Assembly: GCA_965222155.1 (NCBI GenBank)
Contig: CBDCTH010000012.1
Coordinates: forward strand, 2,528,001 to 2,592,000
DNA length: 64,000 nucleotides
Source: Gammaproteobacteria bacterium
GTDB lineage: Bacteria > Pseudomonadota > Gammaproteobacteria > Eutrophobiales > Eutrophobiaceae
Reading direction: 5' to 3'
A model generated the notes under the pieces. It was not told the DNA's origin, ran no database searches, and saw nothing but the letters and a program-made list of their open reading frames with translations. A program made the translations under genes and the position numbers. Below are positions 28,029 to 39,206 of the stretch, piece by piece. Every line of letters begins with the position of its first letter. Position 1 is the stretch's first letter.

Positions 28029-31000
28029 TTGCTTAAATCCAAACACAATTTCAAACGGATACTCATCGCCAACCGGGGCGAAATCGCCATCCGGGTCATA
28101 CGCGCAGCAAAAGAACTGGGTATCGGCACGGTTGGTATCTTCTCTGAGGAAGACCGTCTCGCCCTGCATCGGTTCAAGCCGGATCAGTCTTTCCAGGTAG
28201 GCATAGGCTCGGGTCCGGTCGAGGCGTACCTGAACGGTGCGGATATAGTGCGTGTCGCCGTGGAATCCGAGTGTGACGCGCTTCATCCAGGCTATGGCTT
28301 CTTATCTGAGAATGCAGATTTCGCCGAACTGTGTGAACAGCACGGCATCAGTTTTATCGGTCCGGAGGCAGGAGTGCTGCGGGATCTGGGCAACAAGGTC
28401 AAGGCGCGGGAACTGGCCGTCAAGGCCGGCATAGCAGTGATGCCGGCGTCCGGGCCGTTACCCGGGGACGAAAAAGAAACGGAACAAATTGCCGGGGGGA
28501 TTGGTTTCCCCTTGATGTTGAAGGCCAGTTGGGGCGGCGGGGGTCGCGGCATGAGGGTTGTCAGGGACTTCAAGGGAATACACGATACGATAAAGCATGC
28601 GCGCCAGGAAGCACAAACCTCTTTTGGCAGTGATGAAGCATTTTTCGAAAAGCTGGTTGAGGATGCGCTGCATATCGAAGTGCAAATCCTCGGCGATCAC
28701 TACGGCAACGTCGTTCATTTATATGAGCGTGACTGTTCATTACAACGCCGCCATCAAAAAGTCATCGAGCGCGCGCCGGCCATTTATTTACCGCAAAAAG
28801 TACGTGAGGAGATCTGTAAGGCGGCGGTTAAGCTGGCCCGCAAAGCAGGGCTCAACAATGCGGCTACCGTCGAGTTTCTCTACAACAAGGCCGATAAGGC
28901 ATTCTATTTCATTGAGGTCAATCCGAGGGTCCAGGTCGAACATACTGTAACCGAGGAGATAACGGGCATTGATATCGTCAAGGCGCAAATCAGGATCGCG
29001 GAGGGTGAAAAGATCGGCAAGTCCGGCTCAATAGTCCCGTCACAATCCGCCATCAGGGTCTCGGGAACCGCCATTCAATGCCGGGTTACGGCTGAGGATC
29101 CAAACAACAACTTTATCCCTGATTACGGCAATATTATCGCCTACCGGAGCCCCTCCGGCCCCGGAATCCGGCTTGACGGCGGCACCGCCTATACCGGCGC
29201 CTGGATCTCCCGCGCCTATGACAGTCTGCTGGTAAAGGTCACCGCACGTGGCAGCGACGGCGATGAAAGCATCAACCGGATGCGGCGGGCATTAATGGAG
29301 TTCCGCGTACGCGGCGTAGCGACCAATTTGCCGTTTTTATTACAGCTGTTGACCCACCCCAATTTTCAATCCGGTGATTACAACACACGTTTTATTGACG
29401 AGACACCGGAATTGTTTGAATCCAGTGGGGGTCAGGGCCAGGTTGAACGGTTACTGAGGTTTATTGCCGATGTGATCGTGAACGGCAACCAGGACGTTAA
29501 GGACAGACCTGCTCCGCTCTCTTTGCGGGAACCTGCGGCGCCGGTTGCCGTTGGAGCACTGCCGGCAAACGGCGCCAGGGCGGTCTTTGATGAACACGGG
29601 GCAAGAGGACTGGTTAACTGGATCAGGGAACAAAAACAACCTCTGGTTACAGATACCACGTTTCGCGACGCGCACCAGTCATTGCTGGCAACCCGGCTCA
29701 GGACGAACGACCTGATCGCTATTGCCCCTTATTATGCACGTAATATGTCCGGCCTGTTTTCCGTGGAGTCCTGGGGCGGGGCCACGTTCGACGTGGCGCT
29801 CCGGTTTTTGCATGAGGACCCTTGGCAGAGGCTGTTGGATTTAAGCGCGGCCATGCCCAACATCATGCAGCAGATGCTGCTGCGTGCGTCGAATGCCGTG
29901 GGTTACAAGAACTATCCGGATAATGTGGTCAGGTTTTTTATACAGCAGGCGGCCGATGCGGGTATTGATGTATTCAGGATATTCGACAGCCTCAATTGGC
30001 CGGAAAACATGCAAATCGCCATTGACGCGGTCGGGGAAACCGGAAAAATCATAGAGGCTGCAATCTGCTATAGCGGAGATATTCAGAACCCCGCGAAACA
30101 AAAGTACAACCTGGAGTATTACCTGGACCTGGCCAGCAGGTACCAGGGTATGGGCGCACATATACTGGGCATAAAAGACATGGCGGGCTTGCTGAAGCCG
30201 GGTGCGGCGAGACTGCTGATTACTGCATTAAAGCAGGAGATTGACCTGCCGATCCACTTGCATACCCATGATACCAGCGGCATTTCCGCAGCGACCGTGC
30301 TGGCTGCTGTGGAATCAGGCGCGGATATTGTTGACGCCGCGATCGACAGCATGAGCGGCCTCACGTCACAACCGAACATGGGCGCGATTGTCGCATCCCT
30401 GGAACATACTGATAGTTGCACCGATTTGAATTCGGAGTCAATCCGGGTTATCAGCAGCTATTGGGAAGAGGTGAGAGAACAATATGCCGCTTTTGAACCC
30501 GGCATCCGCTCGGGCGCCTCGGAAGTCTACATCCACGAAATGCCCGGAGGCCAGTATACCAATTTGAGAGAGCAGGCCCGCTCTCTGGGAATTGAAAGAC
30601 GCTGGCCTGAAATTGCCGAGGCCTATACTGACGTGAATGAGTTGTTCGGAGACATCATCAAGGTAACGCCGACCTCCAAGGTGGTCGGCGATATGGCGTT
30701 GGCAATGGTCACGGCCGGATTGACGAAACAGGATATTCTTGATCCGGGCAAGGAAATTGCCTTTCCGGAATCCGTGGTTCAATTTTTTCACGGGGAAATG
30801 GGACAGCCTGTCGGCGGGTTTCCGCCGGCATTACAGGCCAAGGTATTGAATGGGAAAGCACCGTTACAAGTACGTCCCGGTGAATCATTGTCATCCATTG
30901 ACCTGGAACAAACCCGGGAAACCCTTTCAGCCCAGCTCAAGGAAGAGGTATCCGACTTCGACCTGGCCTCTTACCTGATGTACCCGACTGTTTTTCTCGA

Positions 31001-31481
31001 CTACGCTGAAATGGAACGCAAATACGCTGATGTCAGTATTTTACCTACCCATATTTTTTTCTACGGACTGGAAAGCGGAGAGGAAACCGTTTTATCTTTT
31101 GAGGATAATCGGCAGGCGATCGTCCATTATCTGGCCACGTCTGAAGCGGATGAAGAGGGTATGCGCCGGGTATTTTTTGAGCTGAACGGCCAGCCACAGA
31201 CCGTCATAGTCAGGGACAACAACCTGAGCTATGAAGTCCACCAGAATGAAAGAGCAGACCCTGCCAATCCCGGCCACCTGGCCGCGCCCATGCCCGGATT
31301 AGTCGTCACGGTTGAGGTCTCCGCGGGGGAACGCATCAGGCAAGGTGACACAGTGGTGGTGCTGGAAGCGATGAAAATGCAATCCGCCATCCCTGCCGAG
31401 AAAAGCGGTATCATCAAACGGGTGGTCGTCAGTCCGGACCACGTGGTTGATACCGGCGACCTGCTGGTTGTAATTGAGTGA
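28029..31481 (+). CDS. pyc: Pyruvate carboxylase
   Basis: ANRGEIA biotin carboxylase, RDAHQSL and HLHTHDT carboxyltransferase, EAMKM biotinyl motif; 1150 aa. Confidence 0.97.
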   Translation: MLKSKHNFKRILIANRGEIAIRVIRAAKELGIGTVGIFSEEDRLALHRFKPDQSFQVGIGSGPVEAYLNGADIVRVAVESECDALHPGYGFLSENADFAELCEQHGISFIGPEAGVLRDLGNKVKARELAVKAGIAVMPASGPLPGDEKETEQIAGGIGFPLMLKASWGGGGRGMRVVRDFKGIHDTIKHARQEAQTSFGSDEAFFEKLVEDALHIEVQILGDHYGNVVHLYERDCSLQRRHQKVIERAPAIYLPQKVREEICKAAVKLARKAGLNNAATVEFLYNKADKAFYFIEVNPRVQVEHTVTEEITGIDIVKAQIRIAEGEKIGKSGSIVPSQSAIRVSGTAIQCRVTAEDPNNNFIPDYGNIIAYRSPSGPGIRLDGGTAYTGAWISRAYDSLLVKVTARGSDGDESINRMRRALMEFRVRGVATNLPFLLQLLTHPNFQSGDYNTRFIDETPELFESSGGQGQVERLLRFIADVIVNGNQDVKDRPAPLSLREPAAPVAVGALPANGARAVFDEHGARGLVNWIREQKQPLVTDTTFRDAHQSLLATRLRTNDLIAIAPYYARNMSGLFSVESWGGATFDVALRFLHEDPWQRLLDLSAAMPNIMQQMLLRASNAVGYKNYPDNVVRFFIQQAADAGIDVFRIFDSLNWPENMQIAIDAVGETGKIIEAAICYSGDIQNPAKQKYNLEYYLDLASRYQGMGAHILGIKDMAGLLKPGAARLLITALKQEIDLPIHLHTHDTSGISAATVLAAVESGADIVDAAIDSMSGLTSQPNMGAIVASLEHTDSCTDLNSESIRVISSYWEEVREQYAAFEPGIRSGASEVYIHEMPGGQYTNLREQARSLGIERRWPEIAEAYTDVNELFGDIIKVTPTSKVVGDMALAMVTAGLTKQDILDPGKEIAFPESVVQFFHGEMGQPVGGFPPALQAKVLNGKAPLQVRPGESLSSIDLEQTRETLSAQLKEEVSDFDLASYLMYPTVFLDYAEMERKYADVSILPTHIFFYGLESGEETVLSFEDNRQAIVHYLATSEADEEGMRRVFFELNGQPQTVIVRDNNLSYEVHQNERADPANPGHLAAPMPGLVVTVEVSAGERIRQGDTVVVLEAMKMQSAIPAEKSGIIKRVVVSPDHVVDTGDLLVVIE

Positions 31482-31491
31482 GGTGAATAGT

Positions 31492-31923
31492 ATGAAGATA
31501 ACGGGTAGCTGTTTATGCCAGGCCGTGAAGTACCAGATCAGTGATGCAGAGTTTCATAAATCGGCAAACTGCCATTGCAGTAATTGCCGAAAGACTCATG
31601 GCGCGGCATTCGGTACCTATCTTCCCGTTCGCAAAGGTGAATTTTGCTGGCTACAGGGCGAAGACAAGGTCAGCCGGTATGTTTCTTCTCCGCATACCTA
31701 CCGCTGTTTCTGCAACGTCTGTGGATCACCCCTGGTTGCGTTTGACGGCAAAAAAATCCGCACTATCACCCTGGGCACGGTTGATGGGGACCCTGGACTG
31801 CGTCCTGAATATCATATGTACGTCAGTAGTAAGGCGCCCTGGTATGAGATCAGCGATTCTCTGCCGCAGTATGATCTGCGCAGCCCTTATACGAAACCAC
31901 CGGCCACTCAGGAGGATGAATAG
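31492..31923 (+). CDS. GFA family (CENP-V) Zn protein
   Basis: GSCLC, CHCSNCRK and FCNVCGS motifs. Confidence 0.9.
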   Translation: MKITGSCLCQAVKYQISDAEFHKSANCHCSNCRKTHGAAFGTYLPVRKGEFCWLQGEDKVSRYVSSPHTYRCFCNVCGSPLVAFDGKKIRTITLGTVDGDPGLRPEYHMYVSSKAPWYEISDSLPQYDLRSPYTKPPATQEDE

Positions 31924-31950
31924 AACAAACGCCATGGATATAATAAGAAC

Positions 31951-32808
31951 ATGAAAACCGGAGTTATCGGTCTTGGCGCGATGGGCAGCGGCATGGCTTT
32001 GAACCTGCATAGTGCGGGACATTTGCATGGGGTTTGGAACCGTACCCGTCGTAAAGCGGAACGTCTTGCCGGACAAACGGGCGCAGTTTTGTTTGAAACG
32101 CCGGGTGATCTGGCCGGCGCATGTGAACTTATTCTCCTGTGCGTATCCCGGGATGGTGACGTCATGGAAATGGTGGAGCAGGTTGCTGCAACTGCAACAG
32201 CAGGCACGATTGTTGTGGATACCTCCACCGTCAGCAGTAACACGGCGCAACTCGCGGCGGCGATGCTGGCGGAAACAGACGTGGCTTTTCTGGATTGCCC
32301 CGTCTCGGGCGGCGTTGAAGGGGCTAAAAACGGTACCCTGGCCATGATGGTGGGCGGTGACCCCGAAGTACTGGCAAAAGCGCAAGAGACACTGGCGTCG
32401 ATTGCCGCAACGATTACTTTGATCGGCCCTAGCGGCAGTGGCCAGGCCTGTAAGGCGGTGAATCAAATCATGTGCGCCGGTGTCAATCAGGCTGTGACTG
32501 AAGCCCTGGCTTTCGGCGAGGCCATGGGGCTGGATATGGGAAAAGTCGTGGACGTGGTGGCGAAGGGTGCTGCCGGCAACTGGTTTCTGGACCATCGCGG
32601 CAAGACCATGCTGGTCGATGATAACGCTACCGGGTTCAAGTTAAATCTGCATCACAAGGACCTGACTATCTGTAAAGTCATGATGAAGGACCTGGAAAAT
32701 ATCTCCCTGCCGCTGGTTGATACCACCCTTAAGCAGTATGAGCAATTGATGGAACATGGATTCGGCGATGAAGACATTTCCGCCCTGTACCGGCTGAAAA
32801 GACCCTGA
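31951..32808 (+). CDS. NAD(P)-dependent beta-hydroxyacid dehydrogenase (3-hydroxyisobutyrate dehydrogenase family)
   Basis: IGLGAMGSGMA, DCPVSGG and GSGQACKAVNQ motifs. Confidence 0.9.
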   Translation: MKTGVIGLGAMGSGMALNLHSAGHLHGVWNRTRRKAERLAGQTGAVLFETPGDLAGACELILLCVSRDGDVMEMVEQVAATATAGTIVVDTSTVSSNTAQLAAAMLAETDVAFLDCPVSGGVEGAKNGTLAMMVGGDPEVLAKAQETLASIAATITLIGPSGSGQACKAVNQIMCAGVNQAVTEALAFGEAMGLDMGKVVDVVAKGAAGNWFLDHRGKTMLVDDNATGFKLNLHHKDLTICKVMMKDLENISLPLVDTTLKQYEQLMEHGFGDEDISALYRLKRP

Positions 32809-32935
32809 AATTTGCGTGATTTATTCGTCTGCAGGTTGACGAAGCTCGAAAAATATGCAGAATAACGCATCTCACAGGTATTCTGCCTGAGCAGCAACAA
32901 ACCCCGTTAATCGAAAAATTATCTGACTACGGATT

Positions 32936-33706
32936 ATGACAGTGAATGACAAATCACCGGCCATTGAGGTCAGGGGGCTGGATAAACGCTTCGGACCTAT
33001 TCATGCCGTACGGAATGTTTCCTTCTCCGTAAACCATGGCGAGGTCCTGGGATTCCTGGGCCCTAACGGCGCCGGCAAGTCTACCACCATGAAGATGATT
33101 ACCGGTTTCCTTGAGCCGACCGATGGTACCGTGCTGGTCAACGGACATGACGTCCTGACGGACCCCATCAGCGTGAAGGCCTCTATCGGCTACCTGCCGG
33201 AAGGCGCGCCGGCTTATGCGGAGATGACGGTAATCCGCTTTTTGGAATTCGTAGCCGAGATACGAGGCTATAACGGCGCTGAAAAACAACAGCGAATCGA
33301 TAAGGTTATCAATCAGGTGCACCTGGATACCGTCCTGGATCAGACCTTCGAGACCTTGTCTAAAGGCTTCAAACGCCGCGTCGGGGTGGCCCAGGCCTTG
33401 TTGCACGACCCCGATGTACTGATCATGGACGAACCCACGGACGGTCTTGACCCGAACCAGAAGCATGAAGTGAGGAGTTTGATTAAGGAAATGGCTGAGA
33501 ATAAGGCTATCGTCATTTCTACCCACATCCTGGAGGAGGTCGATGCCGTTTGCAGTCGGGCGATTATTATTGCCGCCGGCCGGATCCTGTTTGACGGTAC
33601 ACCGGCTGAACTGCGGGCGCAGTCCGGGATTAATGACTATGATGACGCGTTCCGCACCATTACCAGCAGGTTCTATTCCAGCCAGGGAGAGGCGGCCCAG
33701 TCATGA
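32936..33706 (+). CDS. ABC transporter ATP-binding protein (GldA-like)
   Basis: GPNGAGKS, LSKGFKRR and MDEPTDGLDP motifs. Confidence 0.93.
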   Translation: MTVNDKSPAIEVRGLDKRFGPIHAVRNVSFSVNHGEVLGFLGPNGAGKSTTMKMITGFLEPTDGTVLVNGHDVLTDPISVKASIGYLPEGAPAYAEMTVIRFLEFVAEIRGYNGAEKQQRIDKVINQVHLDTVLDQTFETLSKGFKRRVGVAQALLHDPDVLIMDEPTDGLDPNQKHEVRSLIKEMAENKAIVISTHILEEVDAVCSRAIIIAAGRILFDGTPAELRAQSGINDYDDAFRTITSRFYSSQGEAAQS

Positions 33707-34440
33707 CTAAAAATATCAAGGCCATATTCAAACGTGAATTGTACAGTTATTTCCATACTCCCGTCGCCTATGTCTTTATTATAATCTTCCTGTTCCTGAC
33801 CGGCATATTCAGTTTTTACCTGGGGGCATTCTATGAACGCGGCCAGGCTGACCTGGAGCCTTTTTTCCGGTTTCATCCATGGCTTTACCTGTTTCTGATA
33901 CCTGCTATTGCCATGCGACTCTGGTCTGAAGAGAGGAAGACCGGCACCATTGAACTGCTTATGACACTGCCGATTTCGGTCATGGACGCGGTGCTGGGTA
34001 AATATCTTGCCGCATGGTGCTTTACGGCAATTGCTCTGGCACTGACTTTCCCCATGTGGATCACCGTAAATTATCTCGGCGAACCGGATAACACCGTTAT
34101 TCTCGCCAGTTACCTCGGCAGCCTGCTGATGGCGGGCGGTTTTCTGGCCGTCGGCTCCTGTATCTCAGCCCTGTCTAAAAGCCAGGTCATTGCATTCGTG
34201 ATCAGTGTCGTCATCTGTTTCCTGTTTATCCTCAGCGGCTTTCCGCTGGTGCTGGATTTTTTCCAGGGCTGGGCGCCACAGGCACTGGTGGAAGTGATTT
34301 CATCGCTCAGTTTTCTGACCCACTTCGATTCAATCAATAAAGGAGTGATCGATATGCGCGATCTGATTTATTATCTCGTGCTTATCTCCTTCTGGCTGTA
34401 TGCCAACGTAGTGGTTATCGATTCCCGTAAAGCCGATTGA
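33703..34440 (+). CDS. ABC-2 permease (GldF-like)
   Basis: Hydrophobic, with MRLWSEERKTGTIELL motif. Confidence 0.9.
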   Translation: MTKNIKAIFKRELYSYFHTPVAYVFIIIFLFLTGIFSFYLGAFYERGQADLEPFFRFHPWLYLFLIPAIAMRLWSEERKTGTIELLMTLPISVMDAVLGKYLAAWCFTAIALALTFPMWITVNYLGEPDNTVILASYLGSLLMAGGFLAVGSCISALSKSQVIAFVISVVICFLFILSGFPLVLDFFQGWAPQALVEVISSLSFLTHFDSINKGVIDMRDLIYYLVLISFWLYANVVVIDSRKAD

Positions 34441-34449
34441 GAAACAGGT

Positions 34450-36312
34450 ATGAAATATAGACGACTCTTATCAGGCTCGGGCATCCTTGTGGCGGCCGTA
34501 TTGGCGGTGGCCCTGATCACAATCAACAACAACCTGTTTACCGGTGTCCGGCTTGACTTGACGGAAAATAAACTTTTCACGTTGTCAAACGGCACCATCA
34601 ATATCATCAGCACACTGGAAGAACCGATTTCCCTGGATTTCTACCTGTCCCGGAAGACCCTGGCAGACTTCCCGCAACTGATGAATTACGCTAACCGGGT
34701 GCGCGACCTGTTGGAAGAATATGCGGCAAAATCGGGCGCTAAAATTGCATTGTCCATTATCGAACCGGAGCCTTTCTCGGAGGAAGAAGACCAGGCTGTA
34801 GCCAGCGGTTTAAACGGGATTTCCGTTAATGCCGCAGGTGACCGCGCCTACTTCGGACTGGTAGGTGTCAACTCTACTGATGATGAAGCCAATATTCCAT
34901 TTTTTCAGACAAGCCGGGAACAGGCGCTGGAATACGACATTACCAAGCTGATCTATAACCTTGCCAACCCGGAAAAGCGCGTGGTCGGCGTCATGTCGGG
35001 TTTGCCCTTGTTCGGCAATCCCACGCAAGGGGTCAGCGAACGCTGGGCTATCATTAACGTCATGGAGGAGTTCTTCGAAGTGCGCAATATCGGCGTCAGT
35101 ACTGACCGGGTCGATGAAGACGTCGATGTATTAATGGTCGTCCATCCCAAGGGTTTCACTGAGCAGACCTTGTTTGCGATAGACCAGTTTTTACTTAAGG
35201 GCGGTCATGCCATGTTGTTTGTTGACCCCCTGGCTGAAGGGGACAACGCCGAACCGGACCCGGCAAACCCGTATGTCATGCCGGACATGTCCTCCAGCCT
35301 GGAAATATTGCTGGATGGCTGGGGTGTGGAAGTCGACACAAGCAAAATTGCCGCAGATATCAACCTGGCCATGCGGGTGCAGACCCAGGGCGCCCGCGGC
35401 CCCCAGGAGAGTAATTATCTGCCCTGGATGCAACTGGGGATTGACAACTTAAACCGTGAGGACTTCAGCACCAGTGAGTTGAACCTCATCCACATGGGTA
35501 GCGCAGGGATTATCGAACGGCTGGAAGATGCGACCATTGAATTTACCCCGTTGCTGCAGACCACCACGGACTCGATGAAAATGGAAAGAGACCTGATTTT
35601 CTTCCAACGGGACCCCAATGTGATGCTGGCAAATTTCGAATCGGAGAATAAAGCACTGGTACTTGCGGCTAGGATCAGCGGCAACGTCCCCAGCGCATAT
35701 CCCGATGGTTTGCCGAAAGAGGATGAGGAAGGAGAAACTGCCTCCATGGGTGATGTGATCAAGGAGGGCAGGATCGATGCTGTCCTGGTTGGGGATACCG
35801 ACATCCTGGCGGATCATTTCTGGATCAGGATGCAAAATTTCTTCGGGGTGCAAATACCCCAGAGTATTGCCAATAATGGCGACTTCGTCATCAATACACT
35901 GGATAACCTGGCGGGCAATACCGACCTGATAAGCCTGCGCAGCCGGGGCGAGTTTTCCCGACCGTTTACCGTGGTTGAGGAGATACGCCGGGATGCGGAA
36001 ACCCAGTTCCGCGCACAGGAGCAGGCATTACAGACCCGTCTGGAAGAAACGGAACAGAAAATTGCCCAGTTACAACAGGAAGGCGGTGAAGGCGCGTTAT
36101 TGCTGACCCAGGAACAGGCCGCGGAAATTGAAAAGTTCCGGCTGGAACAAATCAAGACCCGGAAGGAACTACGCGCTGTCCAGCACGAACTGCAAAAGAA
36201 TATCGAGCGCCTGGGCACGCTACTCAAATTTATCAATATCGGTTTAATACCGTTATTCATCGCGCTGCTTGCCCTGTTTGCGGGTATTCGCCACGCGCGC
36301 CGCAAAGCTTGA
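34450..36312 (+). CDS. GldG-family ABC auxiliary protein
   Basis: RLDLTENKLFTLS..T and LEYDIT motifs; N- and C-terminal transmembrane segments. Confidence 0.88.
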   Translation: MKYRRLLSGSGILVAAVLAVALITINNNLFTGVRLDLTENKLFTLSNGTINIISTLEEPISLDFYLSRKTLADFPQLMNYANRVRDLLEEYAAKSGAKIALSIIEPEPFSEEEDQAVASGLNGISVNAAGDRAYFGLVGVNSTDDEANIPFFQTSREQALEYDITKLIYNLANPEKRVVGVMSGLPLFGNPTQGVSERWAIINVMEEFFEVRNIGVSTDRVDEDVDVLMVVHPKGFTEQTLFAIDQFLLKGGHAMLFVDPLAEGDNAEPDPANPYVMPDMSSSLEILLDGWGVEVDTSKIAADINLAMRVQTQGARGPQESNYLPWMQLGIDNLNREDFSTSELNLIHMGSAGIIERLEDATIEFTPLLQTTTDSMKMERDLIFFQRDPNVMLANFESENKALVLAARISGNVPSAYPDGLPKEDEEGETASMGDVIKEGRIDAVLVGDTDILADHFWIRMQNFFGVQIPQSIANNGDFVINTLDNLAGNTDLISLRSRGEFSRPFTVVEEIRRDAETQFRAQEQALQTRLEETEQKIAQLQQEGGEGALLLTQEQAAEIEKFRLEQIKTRKELRAVQHELQKNIERLGTLLKFINIGLIPLFIALLALFAGIRHARRKA

Positions 36313-37394
36313 TGAATAACAGGTATATCATAGTCACAGTCCTGACACTTGTTGTCGTCATTGCGGCAGTTATCGTCAGTCAGCAAAGGGCGCCGCAAAC
36401 AAGCATGGTTAAAACCAGGTTGTTCCCGGAGCTTGCTGAGAAAATTAATGATGTGAGCGAATTGATTATCCGTGACAATCAAACCGTGCTGACTGTTCAC
36501 CGTGTATCGGGCAAGTGGGGTATTGCGGAATCCGATGGTTACCCCGCCCAGGTGGATAAGGTAAAGCAAACCGTGCTTGCCGTCTCCGACCTCAACATTG
36601 TTGCAGACAAGACAAATAATCCTGATCTCTATAAGAGGCTGGGCGTTGAGGATCCTGACAGCCAGGGGTCTACCTCCCACTTGTTGACGCTGACAAGTGA
36701 CGGGGATGAGCTGGCAAAACTGATTGTCGGCAACACCAGGCGAAGCAAGTCCGCATCCAGCGCCCCGGGTTTGTACGTTCGTATTCCCGGACAGCAACAG
36801 GCTCTGCTGGTAGAAGGCAGGCTAACGGTCAGCGCAGACATTATTCAGTGGATCAAACGGGATATCATCAATATCGAGGGGGATCGGGTCAGTGCCGTTA
36901 AAATACGGCCCACAGGCGAGCCGGAGGTTGTTCTGAAAAGAGATAATCTCGGGGATGATCTGGAATTACAAAATATCCCGGAGGGCAAGGTACAACAATC
37001 CGAATACCTTATCAGCCGTATGGCGACCCTACTGGAAAATATATTCGTGGATGGGGTAAGAAAGAAGGACAGTATTGATAACACCAGGCCAGATGCCAGG
37101 ATCAACGTTACAACGTTCGATGGTTTGATAGCGAACATAGAGGTCATGAAAAGCGCTGAACATACCTATGCACTGTTTTCATTTTCAGCACAGGTTGACC
37201 GTACAATTACGGAACACACTGCAGATGAAAGCTCCGGGGAGAGTGATGCTGAGGAAGAAGTAGAGGTAACTCCGGAACAGGAGGCCGAAACCCTGAACAA
37301 CCTGGTAGAAGGCTGGGCCTACCAGTTATCCACATCAAAGGCGGAGTTGTTCAACCAGTCCTTATCTGACCTGATAAGGGACCCTGAGGGATAA
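36312..37394 (+). CDS. DUF4340 domain protein
   Basis: N-terminal membrane anchor, W...GYPA..KV and KLIVG; usual fourth gene of this operon type. Confidence 0.75.
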   Translation: MNNRYIIVTVLTLVVVIAAVIVSQQRAPQTSMVKTRLFPELAEKINDVSELIIRDNQTVLTVHRVSGKWGIAESDGYPAQVDKVKQTVLAVSDLNIVADKTNNPDLYKRLGVEDPDSQGSTSHLLTLTSDGDELAKLIVGNTRRSKSASSAPGLYVRIPGQQQALLVEGRLTVSADIIQWIKRDIINIEGDRVSAVKIRPTGEPEVVLKRDNLGDDLELQNIPEGKVQQSEYLISRMATLLENIFVDGVRKKDSIDNTRPDARINVTTFDGLIANIEVMKSAEHTYALFSFSAQVDRTITEHTADESSGESDAEEEVEVTPEQEAETLNNLVEGWAYQLSTSKAELFNQSLSDLIRDPEG

Positions 37395-37561
37395 TATCGA
37401 AGCGCCCTGTCATGCTGGTGAAGGCCAGCATCCGGATACCCAGCCCTGTGATTTCTGTGCCATCTGCAGCTTTTTTCACTAATTTTTAATCGCTAACCAT
37501 TTGTTTTATATATAAAAACAAAAAAAGTCATGTTTTTTTAAAAAAAATTGCAATTTTCTGT

Positions 37562-37600
37562 TGCATTGCACAAATTATTCGGTTATGATGCGTTGCAACA
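37562..37600 (+). promoter_or_regulatory. Two putative PhaR-type operators upstream of the phasin gene
   Basis: TGCATTGCACAA (37562-37573) and TGCGTTGCAACA (37589-37600) fit a TGC-N3-GCA pattern. Confidence 0.5.
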
Positions 37601-37626
37601 TTAACTTAACAGAGGAGACATCCGCT

Positions 37627-38010
37627 ATGAATACACAAACCGATAAATATTTTGAACCCGTCAGGGAGATCAATGCCCTGGCACTGGAAAACGTTGAGAA
37701 ACTGCTGGATATTCAACTGAAATCAATCAACGATACAGCCAGGCTTGGCGTAGAGCAGTTGAAGTCTGCAACCGACGTCAAGGACGCTGATAGCCTGAAA
37801 CAATATTTTACCGACCAGGCTGATTTGGTGAAATCTCTCGGCGAACGTTTTGTTAAAGACACGCAGGCTGCATTGGAACTTGGCACCAGCTATAGCGAAA
37901 AGGTACAGCAGATCATGACGGAGACCATCAAGCCGGAGACTATTTTAAAAGCTGCGGCAGCAAGTACAGAATCGGCAACTGTCGCTAAAGCTGCTCCCAA
38001 AAGCAAATAA
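37627..38010 (+). CDS. Phasin family protein
   Basis: RBS GAGGAG; helical sequence EKLLDIQL.., Ala/Lys-rich tail. Confidence 0.75.
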   Translation: MNTQTDKYFEPVREINALALENVEKLLDIQLKSINDTARLGVEQLKSATDVKDADSLKQYFTDQADLVKSLGERFVKDTQAALELGTSYSEKVQQIMTETIKPETILKAAAASTESATVAKAAPKSK

Positions 38011-38066
38011 GCAGTCAAACTATCCCTCCTTACCGCTGGCTTTCCCCCTAAAGCCTGCGGTTGGTT

Positions 38067-38092
38067 AGCCGCCCGAAAGGGCGGCTTTTTTA
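38067..38092 (+). terminator. Rho-independent terminator
   Basis: AGCCGCCC-GAAA-GGGCGGCT followed by a T tract. Confidence 0.88.
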
Positions 38093-38145
38093 TTTCTACC
38101 CTGTTAAAATAGCGGCTATTATTCACAAAATACTACCCGCATACT

Positions 38146-39054
38146 ATGACGTTCCAGGAATTGATTGTCGCCTTGCAGCAGTATTGGTCAGAGCAGGGTT
38201 GCGTTATACAACAACCCTATGATATGGAAGTGGGGGCCGGCACTTTTCATCCGGCCACTTTCCTGCGTGCTATCGGCCCTGAGCCATGGAATGCCGCGTA
38301 CGTACAGCCTTCCAGACGGCCCACTGATGGACGTTATGGTGAAAATCCAAACCGCCTGCAACGTTATTACCAGTTCCAGGTGATATTAAAACCCTCCCCG
38401 GCTGATATCCAGGAACTCTACCTGAAATCATTACAACACCTGGGAATTGACACGCTCACCCATGACGTTCGATTTATTGAAGACAATTGGGAATCACCAA
38501 CACTGGGCGCCTGGGGGCTGGGCTGGGAAGTCTGGTTAAACGGCATGGAGATAAGTCAGTTCACATACTTTCAACAGGTCGGAGGGCTGGAGTGCAGACC
38601 GGTTTCCGGTGAGATCACCTACGGCCTGGAACGAATAGCCGTCTACCTGCAAAACATAGACAATGTATACGACCTGGTCTGGGTCAATGCTGATGACGGC
38701 CCGGTAACCTACGGCGCTATCCACCACCAGGATGAAGTGGAAATGTCTACCTATAATTTCGAGAAGGCAGACACAGAACACCTGTTCCGCTGGTTTGACG
38801 AATGTGAAACGCAGAGCTTGAAGCTGGTTGAGGACGACCTGCCCTTACCCGCCTACGAACTGGTGCTGAAAGCATCCCATATCTTCAACCTGCTGGATGC
38901 CAGACACGCCATCAGCGTAACCGAACGGCAACGATTCATACTGAGGGTCAGAACAACGGCGCGAGCGGTAGCCCGGAGTTATTACGACAAACGGGAACAA
39001 CTGGGATTTCCATTATGTAAACAGCAGCCACAGAGAACACCCATAGCCACATAG
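38146..39054 (+). CDS. glyQ: Glycine--tRNA ligase alpha subunit
   Basis: [29 protein letters not shown] and EITYGLER motifs. Confidence 0.98.
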   Translation: MTFQELIVALQQYWSEQGCVIQQPYDMEVGAGTFHPATFLRAIGPEPWNAAYVQPSRRPTDGRYGENPNRLQRYYQFQVILKPSPADIQELYLKSLQHLGIDTLTHDVRFIEDNWESPTLGAWGLGWEVWLNGMEISQFTYFQQVGGLECRPVSGEITYGLERIAVYLQNIDNVYDLVWVNADDGPVTYGAIHHQDEVEMSTYNFEKADTEHLFRWFDECETQSLKLVEDDLPLPAYELVLKASHIFNLLDARHAISVTERQRFILRVRTTARAVARSYYDKREQLGFPLCKQQPQRTPIAT

Positions 39055-39087
39055 GACATAGAGAGTACTGAGTTTGACAGTGTCAGT

Positions 39088-39180
39088 CCCGTTATTCCGG
39101 GCTTGACCCGGAATCCAGTGAAATACATTATTCCTTATAGGGAATTAATTGGCTGGATTCCGGTATTCACCAGAATAACG
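39088..39180. repeat. REP-like palindrome doublet between glyQ and glyS
   Basis: GTTATTCCGGGCTTGACCCGGAATCCAG ... CTGGATTCCGGTATTCACCAGAATAAC; same family as the repeat at 22722. Confidence 0.7.
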
Positions 39181-39206
39181 CGCTCCCTTTGGCTAATATA
39201 GCGGAT

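Noticed and set aside
32936-37394. Gliding motility system
   Set aside because: GldA/F/G-like ABC operons with DUF4340 are widespread in non-gliding proteobacteria, and no other gld or spr genes are present.
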